Virus record (IMG/VR): IMGVR_UViG_3300010213_000001
Span: 32,001 to 96,000 of that record
From: a virus
Lineage: Duplodnaviria > Heunggongvirae > Uroviricota > Caudoviricetes
Strand: one strand, 5' to 3'
DNA: 64,000 bases
Below the pieces are notes generated by a model. It searched no databases, was not told where the DNA came from, and saw nothing but the letters and a program-made list of their open reading frames with translations. Position numbers and translations under genes: made by a program. Positions 61,009-64,000 of this stretch are shown piece by piece. Within the stretch, counting starts at the first letter, position 1. Each line of letters opens with the position of its first letter.

Positions 61009-64000
61009 ATGAAATGTAGATTTGTACCAAAAGCTAAAGATAATTCTGGAGCTTCTATAAGTTACTTAGAACTAAACTCTATATTTAATATAGACAATAG
61101 TGAACTTAAAGAAAATAAGATAAAAGAATTATATAAGTTAGTTAGTAGTGATGTATTTCTTAATGAGTATAAGAAATATAATCCAGAACTTATACAAGGT
61201 GAGATAAGTCCATTTAACTTAGTTAAGTATATAAATAAAGCTTCGACACAAGAGAAATTTCCAGCTATAAGTGCTCTTTTATATGATGTAAGTGAAGGGA
61301 GTGATATAAATACCACATCATTATATACTATAGAATCTTTATCTAACTTATTAGGGATAAACTATAAACTAGATTATTCTACAGACTCACAAGCAATAGC
61401 ATACTATGAAAACGGAACTACTGTATTTAATGTGAAGAATCTTAATAACAGAGAAGATGCTGATAATATAATCTATCATGAGTTTACCCACCCAATAATA
61501 GATCATATACAGAGTAATGATTCTAGATTGTTTGATTTCTTTGTAAAAGAAGCTAAGAATATTCTTAGTAGTCAGGAAATGTCCGAAATAAGAAAGTTAT
61601 ATGATAAAGAAGATGCGCTAACACTATCTAAAGAGATAATTGTTAGAGCAGTAGATAAATTAAGAAACTCAACAGAACAAGACAAACCTAACAATCTACT
61701 GCAAACTCTTAAGAAGTACATCAAGTATGTACTTTCTAACTTATTTTCTAATATTGCTGGACCAACTCACTTTAATAAGTATCAAATTGATACTTTACAA
61801 GATGTAGCTCAGTTTATGAGACAATTACCAAACTCTCTAACTAATTTTAAGCTAGACATTGATACTAGTCTTAAATCTGCAGTACGTCAGAAGTATATTG
61901 GTTCCCAAGAAGAAGCTCCTGATGCTATAAAGAAAATGGGGTTGGAAGACGTAATAAATAGACTGTTTGATTATAAGTCTAATGGAACAACTAAGGTTAT
62001 TCAGGGGATAGAAAACTTTAGTATTGATAATTCTGAAGCTAGTAACTTCTTTTCAATAGACTATACTAGATCTACTTTAAAAGTAACGTATCCAAACGGA
62101 GAAACTAAATCAATTAGATTCAAAGACATATCACAACTTCGAACTATTATAGAAAGTGAAAAAAGACTATTAATTAAAGCTGTTGAAGCTTATGCGGAGA
62201 AATACTCCAGTGATCTATCAAGAATAATGAATATAAGAATGCCAGATCCAGGAGATAAAAGAGCTATAGAAAACTATGAGAAAGAGTTACAGAATATAAA
62301 TACAAGATATACTATTGATATGATGGGCTCTTTAATATATGATATTAGTAATAATAAGCCTGATGAAGTATATAACTACGCTACATTTAAGCAACTTTTC
62401 CCAACTCTAGCTATGCCTAATTTTAACGATGATAACTTAATTGTTACTGTTAGAAATGTAAAAGATAAAAATGGTAATACTATTAATAAAGTATATAACT
62501 TAATATCTCCTTACGTTGGATTTAATGATAGAACAAAAGAATATGAGTCATTTGCTAAAAAAATATACAAGAGTGACAGCATAGCAAGACAAAATGGTTT
62601 TACTATTAGTGATAATATAAAAGGTATTAAATCTATTAATGCTGCGATGCTAGCTATGCATATAGCTATTAATGATAATACTGCTAAATTTGAATCAGTT
62701 AAAACATTTAATATATTCGATCCAAGAACAATAGAAGAAATCAATCTAGAGGAAGCTGTATCTAATATACTTTCATTAGAGAGTAATCTACCAGACTTTA
62801 TATCCTTTATATCATTAAATAATGAGTATAAAGAACTTAAACCACTAGAAGAGCAAATCAAAAGTTTAGCAGAGAATGTTTCTAAAATGAAATCAGATAG
62901 GAGAAATAGTGTATTTAAGCAATCGTATATTCAATTACTATTCTCTCACGATCTTGGAAGAAAGAATTCACAAGGTGTAAGTTACAACTTATTTCAGAAC
63001 TTTAATACTTCAGATATAGAGAATGATCAACCATTAAGAGATAGACTTAAACGATCTATTGAAAAGAGATTGAGAACAATCGTAAAAAATTATGAGCACA
63101 GTATTGATGGTCTTACAGGAAAACGTAAGTTTGAATCTTTAAATACTGATATAGGTAAGGAGTATTTACTATTATCTTTAGCATTAATGGAACTAGATGG
63201 TAATAGGTATGGAGTAGATTTAACTCAACTCAATAGAGATATGACAATGGATAATAGTCTTGAGTCTTGGATTAAAGGGCAGGGGGACTACTTTGATTCT
63301 TTTACTAACTTTGTTATGAGCAATGTTAGAAAGATTATGGCTAGAGTTAAAGAGAAATTTATAATCTACCAAAGAGAGAAAAATAAATTCTTTGAGGACT
63401 ATTTTAAAGAACTAAAAGAATTCAATTCATTTAAGAACATAGCCTTTAACTATAAAGAAGATCTTTATACTAATTTATATGAGTATAAAATGGTTAGAGT
63501 AATGGATAAAGTACCAATTAAGAATAAAGACAATAGAGATAAAATTATTACTAATAATGTATTTCGTAAAGATGCTAATGGTGAATTTATTAAAAAAAGA
63601 GTAAAAACTGGCAGACTAAAGGATCCAACTACTTCAGGGTTAACTAAGTTTGAAAAACAGTTGATATTAAAAACTGCTAAGACTATAAGAGATGCAGTAA
63701 AAGAATTAGTTAGATCTAAGTATGATAATGGAGAATTACCTAGCGCTTTCCAATCTAAAGGAAATTTTGAAGAGGCTTTCGCAGACTGGGAATTACAAAG
63801 TATGGGAGCTACATTTAAGGGCAATACAAATGATGAAACTGTTTGGGGTAATTATCTAATGTTACCAGCTGTAAAGAAGGATGTTATAGCCTCTATACTA
63901 TCTGGAAATTTTAGAGAAGCTATAGATAACTTTGCTGAGCTAGAGTTTAATATGAATAATATGAGTCTAGATAAAGATTCGAAGCACGATTCTAAAAGTT
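61009..64000 (+). CDS. Fourth giant virion protein with zincin-like HExxH motif, 3'-truncated by the window
   Basis: ATG at 61009 (MKCRFVPKAK...) with an A-rich leader. The frame is open to the window end and is missing from the ORF track because no stop is reached. YHEFTH at 61474-61491. Confidence 0.75.
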   Translation, partial: MKCRFVPKAKDNSGASISYLELNSIFNIDNSELKENKIKELYKLVSSDVFLNEYKKYNPELIQGEISPFNLVKYINKASTQEKFPAISALLYDVSEGSDINTTSLYTIESLSNLLGINYKLDYSTDSQAIAYYENGTTVFNVKNLNNREDADNIIYHEFTHPIIDHIQSNDSRLFDFFVKEAKNILSSQEMSEIRKLYDKEDALTLSKEIIVRAVDKLRNSTEQDKPNNLLQTLKKYIKYVLSNLFSNIAGPTHFNKYQIDTLQDVAQFMRQLPNSLTNFKLDIDTSLKSAVRQKYIGSQEEAPDAIKKMGLEDVINRLFDYKSNGTTKVIQGIENFSIDNSEASNFFSIDYTRSTLKVTYPNGETKSIRFKDISQLRTIIESEKRLLIKAVEAYAEKYSSDLSRIMNIRMPDPGDKRAIENYEKELQNINTRYTIDMMGSLIYDISNNKPDEVYNYATFKQLFPTLAMPNFNDDNLIVTVRNVKDKNGNTINKVYNLISPYVGFNDRTKEYESFAKKIYKSDSIARQNGFTISDNIKGIKSINAAMLAMHIAINDNTAKFESVKTFNIFDPRTIEEINLEEAVSNILSLESNLPDFISFISLNNEYKELKPLEEQIKSLAENVSKMKSDRRNSVFKQSYIQLLFSHDLGRKNSQGVSYNLFQNFNTSDIENDQPLRDRLKRSIEKRLRTIVKNYEHSIDGLTGKRKFESLNTDIGKEYLLLSLALMELDGNRYGVDLTQLNRDMTMDNSLESWIKGQGDYFDSFTNFVMSNVRKIMARVKEKFIIYQREKNKFFEDYFKELKEFNSFKNIAFNYKEDLYTNLYEYKMVRVMDKVPIKNKDNRDKIITNNVFRKDANGEFIKKRVKTGRLKDPTTSGLTKFEKQLILKTAKTIRDAVKELVRSKYDNGELPSAFQSKGNFEEAFADWELQSMGATFKGNTNDETVWGNYLMLPAVKKDVIASILSGNFREAIDNFAELEFNMNNMSLDKDSKHDSKS

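Noticed and set aside
902-63824. All minus-strand ORFs in the track (61-189 aa)
   Set aside because: They are short antisense shadows of long plus-strand genes, are S/L/I/F-rich as expected from reverse-complemented codons, and show no motifs.
1-64000. Stop-codon reassignment (TAG or TGA), as known in some crAss-like phages
   Set aside because: ORFs up to 14 kb are uninterrupted in the standard code and coding density is already near-complete. The two TAG stops (8485, 21201) are followed by normal intergenic sequence.
1-64000. tRNAs, CRISPR arrays, introns/inteins, DGR or transposase elements
   Set aside because: Intergenic gaps are short and AT-rich with no cloverleaf or repeat-spacer pattern. 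I saw no intein splice motifs, reverse transcriptase or homing-endonuclease signatures by eye, but a covariance or HMM search would be needed to exclude them formally.

Overview
The window is an AT-rich, entirely plus-strand stretch of a large phage genome. Gene order and recognisable motifs match the virion (late) module of a crAss-like phage (Crassvirales). A Bacteroidota host is likely, because the leaders are A/T-rich and lack Shine-Dalgarno sites. From left to right it carries: three paralogous Cys-marked FN3/Ig-like surface proteins; an acidic scaffold-like protein; the major capsid protein; ring/tail and auxiliary capsid proteins; an IHF-like protein; a 1960-aa muzzle/tail-stabilisation protein; a block of small and medium internal 'cargo' proteins sharing a [YFHML]-x-x-G-G motif, interrupted by a probable two-gene lysis cassette; and four giant ejection/polyvalent proteins (2972, 4649, 2529 and >997 aa). 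The giants carry an SF1 helicase, a two-barrel virion RNA polymerase, HExxH zincin motifs and SLOG/ASCH-like domains. The strongest unusual signals are: (1) a complete -1 programmed frameshift cassette joining two cargo ORFs at about 25.9 kb; (2) lone cysteines at the facing termini of four otherwise nearly Cys-free giant proteins, suggesting a covalently chained ejection polyprotein; (3) a virion RNAP apparently split across two genes after its catalytic motif. All family assignments come from motif recognition and synteny by eye; no searches were run.
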